From an uncultured delta proteobacterium (GTDB taxonomy: Bacteria; Desulfobacterota; BSN033; UBA1163): a stretch of DNA of 64,000 bases. Below, in pieces: positions 40,904 through 51,885 of the stretch. The notes below the pieces were generated by a model. The model ran no database searches. It worked only from the letters and a program-made list of their open reading frames with translations, and was not told the origin of the DNA. Made by a program: the position numbers and the translations under genes. Positions within the stretch are counted from its first letter, which is position 1. Each line of letters begins with the position of its first letter. The DNA lies in the NCBI GenBank assembly GCA_963827685.1, contig CAWHBU010000002.1, positions 1,024,001-1,088,000 on the forward strand, in the 5' to 3' direction.

Positions 40904-42064
40904 TCAAATATTTAATCCCCTTCCTTTCAGTAACTGACGTGCTATGAATAGCTTCTCTACTTCCTTAGTCCCCTCATAGATTTCTACAATTTTAGCATCC
41001 CTATAAAAACGACTGATATCGTACTCGGCTAAATATCCATATCCTCCATGCAACTGCAAGGCCTCGTTGACGACCTTTACCCCGACTTCGCCAGCATACC
41101 ATTTAGCCATGGAGATGAGGGCAGGTTCAAACTGACCTTTATCTAAACTCCATGCTGCTTTGTATACTAAATTCCTTGCAGCTTCTGTCAAGGTCGCCAT
41201 CTCAGCCAATTTACCCTGTACCATCTGAAAGGATGAGAGGGGTTGCCCGAATTGCTTACGTTTCTTCACATGCTTTAACGCCAACTCCAGGGCCCCCTGA
41301 GCAATCCCCACACCTTGGGCAGCAGTGCCAGGCCTTGAACGATTAAAAAATTCCATGATGCAATTAAATCCTTTTCCCTCCTCCCCGACGAGATTCTCCT
41401 CAGGGACCCATACGTCGCTAAAGCTTATCTCTGCTGTGTCATGTGCCCGGATTCCCAGCTTTCCCTTCAATTTATTCCTTTCCAAGCCGGGTCGATCGGC
41501 TTCGATAATAATCACACTGTGCCTCTCATTGGGTGAGGCCGCATCGGGGTTACTCAGACAAAGGGTCACCATCATATTCGCAATATCTCCATTGGATATA
41601 AACATCTTTGATCCATTGATAAGATATCCATTCCCTTTCTTATCGGCTTTGGTGGAGACGGATAAGACATCACTGCCAGCATCAGGCTCCGTCACCGCAA
41701 CCGCACTGATCAACTCTCCTTTACATATAGGGGGAAGGTATTTCCTCTTCTGTTCTTCTGATCCCTTAAGGAGTATCATTTCACTTCCGAAGCATGTACA
41801 CATAAGCTGCCCACCCAGACCCGGGTCAACTCTCCAAAACTCCTCCATAATGATGGCATTCTCTAAAAATCCGAACCCTCCTCCTCCGTATTTTTCATCT
41901 ATAAAAATTCCGATGAATCCCAGTTTTGAGGCTTTCCTTAATAGTTCAAGATTAAAAGTTTCCTCCAGATCACATTCCTTGGCGATATTTGGAAACTCTC
42001 CCTCTGCAAACTCCCTCGCCGCCTTTCTTATATCCCGTTGGGCCGGCGTTAAACTAAAGTCCAT
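40904..42064 (-). CDS. Acyl-CoA dehydrogenase
   Basis: TEPDAGSD, NGSKMFISN, R.QFG, LHGGYGY, IYEGT. Confidence 0.95.
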   Translation of the reverse strand: MDFSLTPAQRDIRKAAREFAEGEFPNIAKECDLEETFNLELLRKASKLGFIGIFIDEKYGGGGFGFLENAIIMEEFWRVDPGLGGQLMCTCFGSEMILLKGSEEQKRKYLPPICKGELISAVAVTEPDAGSDVLSVSTKADKKGNGYLINGSKMFISNGDIANMMVTLCLSNPDAASPNERHSVIIIEADRPGLERNKLKGKLGIRAHDTAEISFSDVWVPEENLVGEEGKGFNCIMEFFNRSRPGTAAQGVGIAQGALELALKHVKKRKQFGQPLSSFQMVQGKLAEMATLTEAARNLVYKAAWSLDKGQFEPALISMAKWYAGEVGVKVVNEALQLHGGYGYLAEYDISRFYRDAKIVEIYEGTKEVEKLFIARQLLKGRGLNI

Positions 42065-42115
42065 TTTTCCCTCCCATGAACCTCATGAAGATTATAAGAC
42101 ATTATCTCCGGCAGC

Positions 42116-43186
42116 CTATTTTTTAGTCCCTTCCCGATGGAGGTTCGCCTGACAAACTCTACAGTTTTTTCTTGTCGCGACATTGATGATCTTGCATCTT
42201 GGACATATGATTTCCAGCTTATCCCTGACCCATCGGGTAATGCCTTCGGGCATATAGAGAATCATCACGATAATAATGGCCGTAAAGAGAGCCATTCTTA
42301 TTTCAGGAACGATGACCAATAATTGCGTTGAAAGAAAGTAAAGCAGATAAGCCCCTATGACTGGACCGTAAATCGTCCCGGCCCCACCAAAGACCGTCCA
42401 TATTAATGGATAGATCGAAAAAATGAACTCCAGGGTTGTGGGACCTACCACCTTCATGGTGTGAGCATACAGCCCACCGGAAATTCCAGCAAAGAAACCG
42501 CTTAAGGCAAAGGCGAGTATTTTATATTTGACGGTGTTAATCCCCGTTGTCCGGGCTGAAATTTCATCTTCCCTGATAGCGCAGAAGATAATTCCAGTTC
42601 TAAGTATACGACTTTTTGTATCGGTCAGCTTCCACATAATGGCAACAGAAATCAACATAATCACGAGGCAAAAAAGATAAAGAAATATTGGGGAATCTGA
42701 AATACCCGGTAAGCCAAAGAGCCCCAATTCACCTCCAGTAAATTGAGGAAAAAGGAAGACAACTCCTTGCAGAATGACAGGCACAGCTAAGGTCACAATC
42801 GCGAGATAGGGGCCCCTTAGCCGAAGCGCAGGAATGGCTACAATGACCCCGATGATGACTCCGGCAATAGCACCCATCGGTATGGTCAACGAAACTGGCA
42901 AACCCACTTTTGAACTCAGGATCGCAGACGTATAAGCACTGACTCCGAAAAAAGCACCGTGGCCCAAGTTAAGTTGTCCGGAAAAAAATAATAGGTCCCA
43001 ACTGGCGGCTAAAAGAGCAAATATGGAAGAAAATACAAGTAGGTTCTTTAGATACGGACTGATGTTTAAAAAGCCCAGTAATAGAAGAAAAATAATTCCT
43101 ATGGACCCAATCGCCCTACCCGGGATCACCAATATTTCTTCTTCAAGTATTTTATAAAGACGCCAGAGATAATAGCGCATCTTCAC
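42116..43186 (-). CDS. HAAT ABC permease LivM-like with C-terminal zinc ribbon
   Basis: GQLNLGH, LRG.YLAI.T, AIREDE, CPRC..CRVC. Confidence 0.88.
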   Translation of the reverse strand: MKMRYYLWRLYKILEEEILVIPGRAIGSIGIIFLLLLGFLNISPYLKNLLVFSSIFALLAASWDLLFFSGQLNLGHGAFFGVSAYTSAILSSKVGLPVSLTIPMGAIAGVIIGVIVAIPALRLRGPYLAIVTLAVPVILQGVVFLFPQFTGGELGLFGLPGISDSPIFLYLFCLVIMLISVAIMWKLTDTKSRILRTGIIFCAIREDEISARTTGINTVKYKILAFALSGFFAGISGGLYAHTMKVVGPTTLEFIFSIYPLIWTVFGGAGTIYGPVIGAYLLYFLSTQLLVIVPEIRMALFTAIIIVMILYMPEGITRWVRDKLEIICPRCKIINVATRKNCRVCQANLHREGTKK

Positions 43187-44052
43187 AACCTTTCCTCTTC
43201 AAAGAACGCTCCAAACATTCCTTCGGGTTTTTTCGATAGCACAATCACCATCACCAACAAGGCAATCGCATTCTTGATGAAAGCTCCCATGGGGAGCCAG
43301 TTGACCACGGCCACTTCAGAAAACGCCAGGAGATAAGCTGCAATAAAACTTCCTTTCAGGCTACCCAACCCTCCTAGGACGACGATAGCCAATACCATGA
43401 TCATGGGATGTACCCACATCAAGGGCTCAACCACATAGATCGGGGAGACCAGAATGCTCGATATCGTTACAAACCCAATCCCTATACACATGGCGATCAG
43501 AGACAGCTTTTTTTCATTGATTCCCATGACATTGACTATTTCCCTGTCTTGAGAGGTTGCCCGAATGGCTATCCCCACTCTGGATCTTGACAAGAAGAGC
43601 CACAAACTAAGAATGAGAGCGATGCTCACACCGAATGCGAGAAAGTGCTGATTTAAAACCCTAACCTCTAAGAGTTCTTGATATCCTGAAATGAAAGGGG
43701 GAACCCGACGAAAATCCGTCCCAAAGATAGAAATGATGCATTCTTCAAAGAAGAAAGCTGAAGCGATGCTGATGAGAATCACCACTGTCTCATGGGAACG
43801 GATGGGTTCAAGAACAAATTTGTAGGTCGCCACCCCTATGAAGGAGGCGACCCCAATGGCGAGGATCGCTGAAATAAAGATGTTGAGGTGAACGAGGGAG
43901 CAAAAGACATAGAAAAAGTAGGCCGCTAACATATAAAAAGAGGTGTAGGCCAAATTGACGATTCTCGCCGCCCCCCAGATAAGAGAGAAGCCGAGAGCCA
44001 AAACGGCATAAACCGTTCCAAGAACAATTGAAATGATCAGAACCTGGATCAT
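43183..44052 (-). CDS. HAAT ABC permease LivH-like
   Basis: ALGFSLIWG, G.AIRA.SQD, LGGLGS. Confidence 0.88.
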   Translation of the reverse strand: MIQVLIISIVLGTVYAVLALGFSLIWGAARIVNLAYTSFYMLAAYFFYVFCSLVHLNIFISAILAIGVASFIGVATYKFVLEPIRSHETVVILISIASAFFFEECIISIFGTDFRRVPPFISGYQELLEVRVLNQHFLAFGVSIALILSLWLFLSRSRVGIAIRATSQDREIVNVMGINEKKLSLIAMCIGIGFVTISSILVSPIYVVEPLMWVHPMIMVLAIVVLGGLGSLKGSFIAAYLLAFSEVAVVNWLPMGAFIKNAIALLVMVIVLSKKPEGMFGAFFEEERL

Positions 44053-44113
44053 CTATTTTCCTTTCAACCCCTCCCTCTCTCCCTTACGGGCAGAGGGAGG
44101 GATGTAAGGAGTC

Positions 44114-45406
44114 TCATTTCTTTTTCTTCCAATAGTCTACTACCCATGGTGGCAATAAATACTTTTCAGACCCTTCATACTTCACGCCCTGCCACTCGTA
44201 GGGCCAGACAACCACAACCTTTCCCGGACCGCGCCATTGATTGACCACCCAGGTGTTATATCCGGGACCGAATCTCAGATCATGAGGAAATTGGTGATCT
44301 CGAGGATAAAAGACCATCCTGCCGTAAGCTCCTTTATAATCTGTCTTTTCAAGCTCGGTGACCACTTTGTCGGAGTCGATGGTGCCTGCCCGCTCAATCG
44401 CTTCTTTCAATACATAGACCGCATCGTAGGTGACACTTACATAACCGGGAAAATCATCAAATGCCTTCAGATAGGCATTCCAAAAGGGCATCGTCTTTTC
44501 GCTCAACTTTGCAGGACCGATACCGATCATCGTCGAACTGTAATTACCATACCCACCTGTCGCGTCCCAGAAGGTTTTCACACAGGCAATGGCAGCTCCT
44601 CCAACCAAAGCAGCCGGAATTTTAAGCTCACCCCATTGCTTCCCAAGAACAGATCCCATCGTGCCGGAGACTGATTGGAAGATAATCTGAGCTCCGCTCG
44701 CCTTGATCGCCGAAAGTTCAGCCGTCACATCGCTGGCTGTTGCAGAAGGTCTCCAAGCTCCGACCACTTCGAGGCCCATTCCTGGGGCCTTCGTTTCGAC
44801 CGCCTTTACAATCGGATCGGCCCACATAAGTTTATCAGCCAAGATGGCCACCTTCGGCTTTGCAATCCCTATCTGTTCTTTTACGATCTTGGCAACATCC
44901 TCCAGATGAGCGAAAAGGACTTGCCCCTGGGCAATAGAGTTGATGGTCATTCTAAAAGTATATTTGTACTTGTCATAATCCTTTGCAACCCGAGCCAAGA
45001 GATCCGGATGAACGGCACCGCATAGAACGAAGATTTTCTTGTACTTCATCGCCACATCCTGCATGGCAAGCGCTGATTCTGACCTCTGTGTGCCGATGAA
45101 AAAATGAACTTCATCCGCCGCTCTTTCCACTGCGACGACCGCATCGGAAACACTGGCGATCTCGTTTGTATCCACCCTGATGAGCTTGATTGGCACCTTG
45201 GCGCCTCCCAAAGTCACCCCGCCGGCTTTATTGATCTCTTCCTGTGCTATGGAAGCTCCCCGCCAATGATCCCGTCCAAACACAGCTTTCATAGGCCCTG
45301 CAACTCCAATCCTGACCTCTTTGACAGCTTGCTGTGCCAGCCCCCCGCCTGCCAAAAAAGAAAGCAAACACAGACTCACCACACCTACGATCATTCCCTT
45401 TCTCAT
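44114..45406 (-). CDS. HAAT ABC substrate-binding protein
   Basis: Signal peptide, IN.AGG, YDAVY, LEKTDY.G. Confidence 0.88.
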   Translation of the reverse strand: MRKGMIVGVVSLCLLSFLAGGGLAQQAVKEVRIGVAGPMKAVFGRDHWRGASIAQEEINKAGGVTLGGAKVPIKLIRVDTNEIASVSDAVVAVERAADEVHFFIGTQRSESALAMQDVAMKYKKIFVLCGAVHPDLLARVAKDYDKYKYTFRMTINSIAQGQVLFAHLEDVAKIVKEQIGIAKPKVAILADKLMWADPIVKAVETKAPGMGLEVVGAWRPSATASDVTAELSAIKASGAQIIFQSVSGTMGSVLGKQWGELKIPAALVGGAAIACVKTFWDATGGYGNYSSTMIGIGPAKLSEKTMPFWNAYLKAFDDFPGYVSVTYDAVYVLKEAIERAGTIDSDKVVTELEKTDYKGAYGRMVFYPRDHQFPHDLRFGPGYNTWVVNQWRGPGKVVVVWPYEWQGVKYEGSEKYLLPPWVVDYWKKKK

Positions 45407-45546
45407 CGTAAAGCCCTCCTTTCCTTCAAAGTTTTCTTACTCACAGAATAGCCCCATTTTAAAGATGATTGACCCCTCCCTTCTCCTCAACCTTCAGGCC
45501 GGAGGAGATCGCACTGTATTTTTGTGGCTCCTCGGCGCCATCCGAG

Positions 45547-46302
45547 CTATAAACCCAGGTAGGTCTTCCTGATCCGCTCATCGTCTTGTAGTGCTTCAGA
45601 TGTTCCTTCGAAGACGACCTTCCCTTGGGAAAGCACGTAATTTCTTTGAGCTAAAGCAAGTGCAAGACTCACATCCTGTTCCACTAAAATGATCGTCACC
45701 CCAGTCTGATAAACATCCTTAATACGCTTAAATACTTCATCTTTTATCATAGGGGCGAGCCCAAGAGAGGGTTCGTCGATCAATAGAAGCTTGGGCTCGG
45801 ACATCAATGCCCTTCCGATAGCCAGCATGGTTCGCTCTCCCCCGGAGAGGGTACCGGACATTTGTCTTTTTCTCTCTTCTAATATTGGAAAGAGTTTGAA
45901 AACTGCTTCTAATCTTTGCCTTATTTTTTCTCTTTCTTTAATCAAAAAAGCCCCCGTTATTAAATTATCAAAGACGGTCAATTCCCGAAATGGCCTTCCC
46001 CCTTCTGGACAGAGAATTAACCCTTTTTCTGCTCTCTGATGAGCTGGCACGGAATTGATCGGCTCCCCTTCAAAGACGATCTCGCCTTCGATAATAATAT
46101 TAGAGACTTCTTTCCTCATTCCCCTCTTCATCTCTCTTTCCCAGCTCATCAGTCCGCATATGGTTCGAAGAAGAGTCGTTTTTCCAGCACCGTTTGGGCC
46201 TACAATACTGAGGAGCTCCCCTGTATGAACCCCTAAACTTACCCCATCTAATACCACCGCAGTATCATAGGCAACGGTGACATTCTTTGCCTCAAGGAGC
46301 AT
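45547..46302 (-). CDS. HAAT ABC ATPase LivF-like
   Basis: GPNGAGKT, LSGGE, DEPSLGLAP, VEQ. Confidence 0.92.
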   Translation of the reverse strand: MLLEAKNVTVAYDTAVVLDGVSLGVHTGELLSIVGPNGAGKTTLLRTICGLMSWEREMKRGMRKEVSNIIIEGEIVFEGEPINSVPAHQRAEKGLILCPEGGRPFRELTVFDNLITGAFLIKEREKIRQRLEAVFKLFPILEERKRQMSGTLSGGERTMLAIGRALMSEPKLLLIDEPSLGLAPMIKDEVFKRIKDVYQTGVTIILVEQDVSLALALAQRNYVLSQGKVVFEGTSEALQDDERIRKTYLGL

Positions 46303-47071
46303 TTCTATCTCCTCTTGATCGGTGCCCTATATAAATTTCAATGACCTTTGGGTTGTGTACGATTTCCTGAGGCGTGTCTTCGGCAATCAGTTCACCGTAG
46401 TTTAGCACAATCACGCGGTCGACTATTTTCATCAGCTCCGATAACTTGTGTTCCACGATCAACATCGCCGGGCCTTCGCTATGTAATCGACCAAACCTCC
46501 CGCCCTTGTGCAACCTTTTTAGGGACTTCGCCATCAGATCCGTTTCATAGGGGTTCAAACCCCCGAATGGTTCATCGAGTATGAGCAACTCGGGTTCAGT
46601 AGCAAGGGCCCGTGCAATTTCAAGGCGCGTAAGATCTCCGTGAGAGAGAATGGAAGCTTTTTCCTTGGCCAGATCTGAAATTCCACAAAACTCCAGCGCA
46701 TCCATTGCCATACTTTCTACTCTTTTTACCCATTCCCCTCCCTTTCTTCCTGAGCCAAGGCACCCGATCATCGCATTGGCAATAATAGGCAACTCCCGAA
46801 ATGGCCTTACGACCTGATGGGTCATGGCTATCCCTTTTTTTACGATATCCCAGGGTGGATGGCCTATAATCTCCTCGCCATTGAACCGAATTGTCCCAGA
46901 ATCAGCTTTTAACATGCCTATGATAAGGCGCACCAAAGTCGTTTTTCCCGAACCATTTGGACCAATCAGCCCTACCATTTCATTTCTTCCCATGCTAAAG
47001 TTAAGTTTTTTGACTGCCATCAGGCCACCAAAAGACTTCGTTAAGTTCTCAATCTCGAGAAAAGATGCCAT
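46292..47071 (-). CDS. HAAT ABC ATPase LivG-like
   Basis: FGGL.A, GPNGSGKT, LDEP, VEH. Confidence 0.92.
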   Translation of the reverse strand: MASFLEIENLTKSFGGLMAVKKLNFSMGRNEMVGLIGPNGSGKTTLVRLIIGMLKADSGTIRFNGEEIIGHPPWDIVKKGIAMTHQVVRPFRELPIIANAMIGCLGSGRKGGEWVKRVESMAMDALEFCGISDLAKEKASILSHGDLTRLEIARALATEPELLILDEPFGGLNPYETDLMAKSLKRLHKGGRFGRLHSEGPAMLIVEHKLSELMKIVDRVIVLNYGELIAEDTPQEIVHNPKVIEIYIGHRSRGDRNAP

Positions 47072-47072
47072 T

Positions 47073-48830
47073 TTAGCCTTCCCTCTCCTCCCTTAACTCC
47101 CTTCGCGATACTTTTCCGACATCCGTCCTCGGGATCTCTCCTCGAAACTCTATAATCTTCGGAACCTTGTAATGAGCCAATTTTTCTTGGCAGTGACTGA
47201 CAATTTCCTCTTCCGACATTTTCCCTCTTGCATCAGCCTCTAATACGATCACCGCTTTAATGTTTGCACCGACCTTCGGGTCAGGAACCCCTATGACCGC
47301 AGCTTCCTTTATCTTAGGATGGGTTTTTAGAACCTCTTCTATTTCTCGGGCAAAGATGGAATACCCCTTGTATTTGATCAAATCTCTTTTTCTATCGTAG
47401 AAATGAACATAACCCTCATTATCCATTCGGACTAAGTCACCTGTCATAAGCCACTTTTCTCCCGCGATTTCCAGAAAAATTTTTCCTGTTTCTTCCGGCC
47501 TGTTCCAATAACCCTTCATCACCTGGGGACCCCTTACCACCAGTTCACCTATTTCTCCGAGCGGAACCATTTCTGCCGTGTCAGGATGGACAATGGCTAC
47601 CACCGTGTTAGGCAATGGAACTCCGAAGGAACCCATCTTAGGCCTTCCAACCGGGCTAACGCAGATTCCTGAAGAGGTCTCGGTTTGCCCATAACCTTCG
47701 TGGATAAAAGTACCTGTCCGCCTCTCCCAAATCTTAGCTGTATCTTCAAGAAGCGAGTCAGCACCAGAAACGAGGAACTTGAGTCGTTTCCAGTCCACTC
47801 TACCCGTCCTGTCATAATCTTTAAGAAGTTCGAATAAACCCGGTACACCCATAAAAAATGTTGCGTCATATCCTCCGACACTGCTTAAAACGTCATCGAT
47901 GTCAGGGGTGGTTAATATGACGAGTGTATATCCTCGAACAATACCACTGATTAAAAGTACCACCTGGCCGTAGATATGGTAAAAGGGCAAAAAGGCGATC
48001 ACAGTCTCTTTTCCTTCTTCGAGATTCTTCCCCTTTTCAAAGCTGTAGGAATAGAAAGTTTGGTTGATGGCTTGCATCGCAAAAATATTAAAATGAGTTA
48101 GCATCGCACCCTTTGGAGGGCCTGTCGTCCCACCCGTATAGGGGAGTGCAGCTAAGTCTTCCTTTGGATTAATCTCGATCTTTGGTGGATTCGGTTGACT
48201 TTTTTTAATCAAATCCTGAAACCAGTGAATATTCTTACCCTCTTGAATCTTAATCTTTGGAACCTCCATTTTTTGGTATACAGCTTTCAAAATGCTTTTT
48301 CCAAAAACCTTCTTTAGGCTTGGTAAGTACTCATCGATACTTGTTAAAATAATTCTTTTTAATCCCACGTTCGTTTTCTCAACAAAGTGATGGAGTATAT
48401 CCAGGCAAATGATCGTTTCGGCGTGGCTGTCTTCAAGCTGGTGTTTCACCTCCGGGGTAACATAGACCGGACTGATGGGTGTCAGGATAGCTCCTATTCT
48501 AAGAGCTCCGAAATAGGCTATAACGAATTGGGGACAGTTCAATAGAAACAAGGCTACGGTATCTCCTTTTCTGATTCCCAAATCATAGAGACCCGTGGCA
48601 AATCTATCAACTTGATCCTTTAATTCCAAATAGCTTATTTTTTTGCCATAAAAGATTAAGGCGGGTTTATTTTTCCATTTCTCTACCGCTCTATCAAAAG
48701 CTTGAATTAACGAGATGTTGGGGATGTCGATTTCGTGAGGGAGCCCCTCAGGATAAAATTTAAGCCAAGGTTTATTGAGATATAAATTTTCCCTCTCCTT
48801 TTCCGTTCCAACCTTACTTTCCATAAACAA
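47073..48830 (-). CDS. Acyl-CoA ligase (long-chain FadD-like)
   Basis: YTGGTTGPPKG, EGYGQTE, TGD, YKVP, GK. Confidence 0.93.
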   Translation of the reverse strand: MFMESKVGTEKERENLYLNKPWLKFYPEGLPHEIDIPNISLIQAFDRAVEKWKNKPALIFYGKKISYLELKDQVDRFATGLYDLGIRKGDTVALFLLNCPQFVIAYFGALRIGAILTPISPVYVTPEVKHQLEDSHAETIICLDILHHFVEKTNVGLKRIILTSIDEYLPSLKKVFGKSILKAVYQKMEVPKIKIQEGKNIHWFQDLIKKSQPNPPKIEINPKEDLAALPYTGGTTGPPKGAMLTHFNIFAMQAINQTFYSYSFEKGKNLEEGKETVIAFLPFYHIYGQVVLLISGIVRGYTLVILTTPDIDDVLSSVGGYDATFFMGVPGLFELLKDYDRTGRVDWKRLKFLVSGADSLLEDTAKIWERRTGTFIHEGYGQTETSSGICVSPVGRPKMGSFGVPLPNTVVAIVHPDTAEMVPLGEIGELVVRGPQVMKGYWNRPEETGKIFLEIAGEKWLMTGDLVRMDNEGYVHFYDRKRDLIKYKGYSIFAREIEEVLKTHPKIKEAAVIGVPDPKVGANIKAVIVLEADARGKMSEEEIVSHCQEKLAHYKVPKIIEFRGEIPRTDVGKVSRRELREEREG

Positions 48831-48857
48831 TCCCCTTTCGCGGAATTAGAAGTTTGT

Positions 48858-50348
48858 TTAGATTTTTGGCGGAAACTCCGGCAACTGGCTGTATAGTCCA
48901 TCCTCTGTCCCATCCTTAATCCTTGCTGCTCGCTTCGCGGCTGCTCTATATTTTTCAAAGTCAGCCAGCGCATAGATGGAAAGCCTCTGTGCGGCCAGGG
49001 ATCCTTCGGCATGAAGCGTCAGAACATCTTCATAGGAAGAAGTGAGTTCTCTGATTAGCTTAATTAGCCGGAGTCTATATTCTGTCGGTATGCCTGCCTT
49101 CCCTCCAAGGTACTTATCGATGAGGTCGTGAATCTCAGGATTGAGGTAATCTTTCGAAGAAGGGGCTGTGGCGACAATGCCTCCGGCGATATCCTGAAGA
49201 TACTTCGTCGCCTGATGCCAGTTATCCGCGAAGAAAAGCTTTGCAATATTTGCGTACATAGGATTTGGATAAACCAACTTTGAATCATGTTCAGAAACAC
49301 AGTGTTCGCAAGCCGCCCTGCCCATCACTTCGGTTGCCTCCGCATAGAGAACGAGCCAAGCCAGCTTATCCTGGATATGTGAGACTTTCTCAACGCCATT
49401 ATATTCGGCCATCAATGCGGCAGCGCCAGCAACCAGCTCAAGTTCCACGGCCTTATAGGTCTCAGCACTAAGGCGGTGAAAATTGCCAAACATGTAGGCG
49501 ATGTCACCGGCAAATGGCCACTCGCCTTTCATAAAGACCCGCTCATTGGGGATAAAGACGTCATCAAAGATAACCATGGCATCGTTCAGATAGATACTCG
49601 CGGTAATGGGATTATCGAAAAAATTGCCCGATTCTTTGATCTCGGGTTCAGCAGAGATCAGGGTAAGACCTTTTGCATTGGCCTGCACGGCAAACGAAAC
49701 AGCATAGGCCTTATCATCTTCACGCATTGCCCGACATGGCAAGATGATGATCTCGTTGGCCAGCGGCGCCTCACTGATATGCGCTTTGGCCCCTCGGACG
49801 ACTATGCCATCCTTACGCTCCTCCACAATCCTTACGTAGTAGTCTTGGTGGGGTTGCTGCTTTGAGGGACGCAGACTTCTATCTCCTTTGACATCGGTCA
49901 TCCCCAAAGCAATGGAGGCATCGGTTTTAAGAAGGTACTTTCGATAGGCCTCCACTCGCCCGGCATAATTTGTCCCATGTTCCTTATCGATGCGTTGGGT
50001 GACCACCGTGACAGCATTCAGTCCGTCTTTGCCGACAAATTTAGCTCCGGACGGCTTTCCATAGCAAACCCTTGCCCAGAGCTTAACGATTTCCCTCAAC
50101 CTCAGCAGGTCCTCAACACTCGTTTGCGGCATAAAGACAAAACTGCCTAACTCCCCCTCTTCCGTCTTCTCGGTGACAAGGCGCTGGTAGCGTGGATCCT
50201 GCTGCAGCACATAATCCATCGCCATCCAGTCTATACAAATCCTCAAGATTGGGTGCTGCGTCACATCCTTCACCCTCTCCCCCAGACAATAGACCGCTCG
50301 ACCATCCTTCAGACTTTCTACATATTGTTGCGGTGTTCTAATAGCCAT
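48858..50348 (-). CDS. 4-hydroxybutyryl-CoA dehydratase/HpaB family flavoprotein, atypical
   Basis: TDVKGDRSLRP, GAKAHI, FDDVFIP.ERVF, H..GS; Fe-S Cys positions altered. Confidence 0.85.
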   Translation of the reverse strand: MAIRTPQQYVESLKDGRAVYCLGERVKDVTQHPILRICIDWMAMDYVLQQDPRYQRLVTEKTEEGELGSFVFMPQTSVEDLLRLREIVKLWARVCYGKPSGAKFVGKDGLNAVTVVTQRIDKEHGTNYAGRVEAYRKYLLKTDASIALGMTDVKGDRSLRPSKQQPHQDYYVRIVEERKDGIVVRGAKAHISEAPLANEIIILPCRAMREDDKAYAVSFAVQANAKGLTLISAEPEIKESGNFFDNPITASIYLNDAMVIFDDVFIPNERVFMKGEWPFAGDIAYMFGNFHRLSAETYKAVELELVAGAAALMAEYNGVEKVSHIQDKLAWLVLYAEATEVMGRAACEHCVSEHDSKLVYPNPMYANIAKLFFADNWHQATKYLQDIAGGIVATAPSSKDYLNPEIHDLIDKYLGGKAGIPTEYRLRLIKLIRELTSSYEDVLTLHAEGSLAAQRLSIYALADFEKYRAAAKRAARIKDGTEDGLYSQLPEFPPKI

Positions 50349-50433
50349 CCAAGTCCCTTTCGTATTCGGCCATGCCGAGTTAACATTTCCCGATTCAGTG
50401 GGCCACTGTCCCTACCGTCCCTTTGCGACCTTC

Positions 50434-51885
50434 TTACCGGCCAATATACTTTAGCGCATTCTCCCCAGCAATGCGCCCCGAGTTGAGTGCAAAACCGCTG
50501 CTAGCCCCGGACGCGATGACGTCATAGCTATCACCGTACAAGCCGCCCGCGTCATTGCCAACGGCATACAGGCCAGGTATCACCTTGTCGTTCCTGTCGA
50601 GGACTTCCGTCTTCTCATTGATCTTGATGCCGCCAAGCGTGCCCAGAAAGTTCATATAGCACTTGAAGGCATAGAACCTGGGGGTCTTGACCGGACGGAG
50701 ATACTCTGGATCTTTCGCAAACTGATCGTCGTGTCCTTTTTCACAGAACCTGTTGTACTCTTCTACGGTCTTTTTGAAAATAGCGCAGTCAATGCGCATT
50801 TTGTTCGCCAGTTCATCGAGGGTGTCGGCCACAAATATGAAGGGGCTCTTTTTCTCGACAGCAGCCTTAATCTTAGTATCCAGGTCCGTCAGAGGTGTTC
50901 TCGGCGGCACATACATGCCGACACCGATACCCCCGTTTTCTGCCAACTGGATCTTTGTTTCCTCATCGAATATCCTGAAGACATAGCCTCCCTTCTGCTT
51001 CGACATGGCGTTCCCGGCATAAGCGATGTTCTCGACGATCGTCTCGTCACAGAACCGGACTCCATCCTGGTTCACCCAGAGCGTGGGCTGACCCACGGCT
51101 CCCCAGATATGGCTGCGGGCTCCGATTTTGGGCGGCGAGCCGATGTTAAGGTGGATAACGCCGACCCCCTCCTCTGCAGCTCCCGCTTCCCAGGCCATCT
51201 GGATGCCCTCACCCGTTTTGTTGTATCTGCCTAAAGGGAAAAGGTTTACCTCAAGGTCGAAGCCCGAGTATTTCTTGATCCACTCCTTGTTGTTTGGGTA
51301 GCCGCCCGTGGCGATGATGACCACTTTAGCCTGCACCTTGATCTGTTTACCCGTTTTATCCTCGACAACAGCCCCCGTGACTGGTCCGTTTCCTTCACGC
51401 AGGAGATGCTTAACGGTAGTCTCGTACCGAACTTCGACGCCTTTCTTGACCGCATTGGCCACAAGGACGTTGATCGCGACTCCGCCCAACCCCTTGAACA
51501 GGTGCCATGTCCTGGGGCCTCCCAACAATACCCCTCTTGGCTCGGTGAATTCAACGCCCTGCTTCTCCAACCAGTCAATGGTGCTGGCTGATTTATCGAC
51601 GAAGGCCCGTACAAGAGCAGCATTAGCCTTCCAGTGACTGTATTCCATGATACCCCTAAAGGCTTCATCCCGCGTCACCTTGATGTTTGTCTTCCGTTGC
51701 ATATCGCTATCGGCTGCAAAGGTACCTTCCACGAATAGGAAGCTGCCTCCTGCAAACGGCATCTTCTCAAAGATAACAACCTTGGCTCCGCCCACAGCAA
51801 GGGTCAGGGCGGCTGCAAGACCCGAACCCCCGGCGCCCGCGACGATCACATCCTTCGTTTCTGGGAACAAATCCCGATTTTTCAT
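50434..51885 (-). CDS. FAD-dependent oxidoreductase (flavocytochrome c/FAD_binding_2 family)
   Basis: GAGGSG, ATGG, G.RF.DE, TLGGI.IN, GLYA.G. Confidence 0.9.
   Translation of the reverse strand: MKNRDLFPETKDVIVAGAGGSGLAAALTLAVGGAKVVIFEKMPFAGGSFLFVEGTFAADSDMQRKTNIKVTRDEAFRGIMEYSHWKANAALVRAFVDKSASTIDWLEKQGVEFTEPRGVLLGGPRTWHLFKGLGGVAINVLVANAVKKGVEVRYETTVKHLLREGNGPVTGAVVEDKTGKQIKVQAKVVIIATGGYPNNKEWIKKYSGFDLEVNLFPLGRYNKTGEGIQMAWEAGAAEEGVGVIHLNIGSPPKIGARSHIWGAVGQPTLWVNQDGVRFCDETIVENIAYAGNAMSKQKGGYVFRIFDEETKIQLAENGGIGVGMYVPPRTPLTDLDTKIKAAVEKKSPFIFVADTLDELANKMRIDCAIFKKTVEEYNRFCEKGHDDQFAKDPEYLRPVKTPRFYAFKCYMNFLGTLGGIKINEKTEVLDRNDKVIPGLYAVGNDAGGLYGDSYDVIASGASSGFALNSGRIAGENALKYIGR

Noticed and set aside
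41325-42152. 275-aa plus-strand ORF and similar shadow ORFs
   Set aside because: Antisense to well-supported genes
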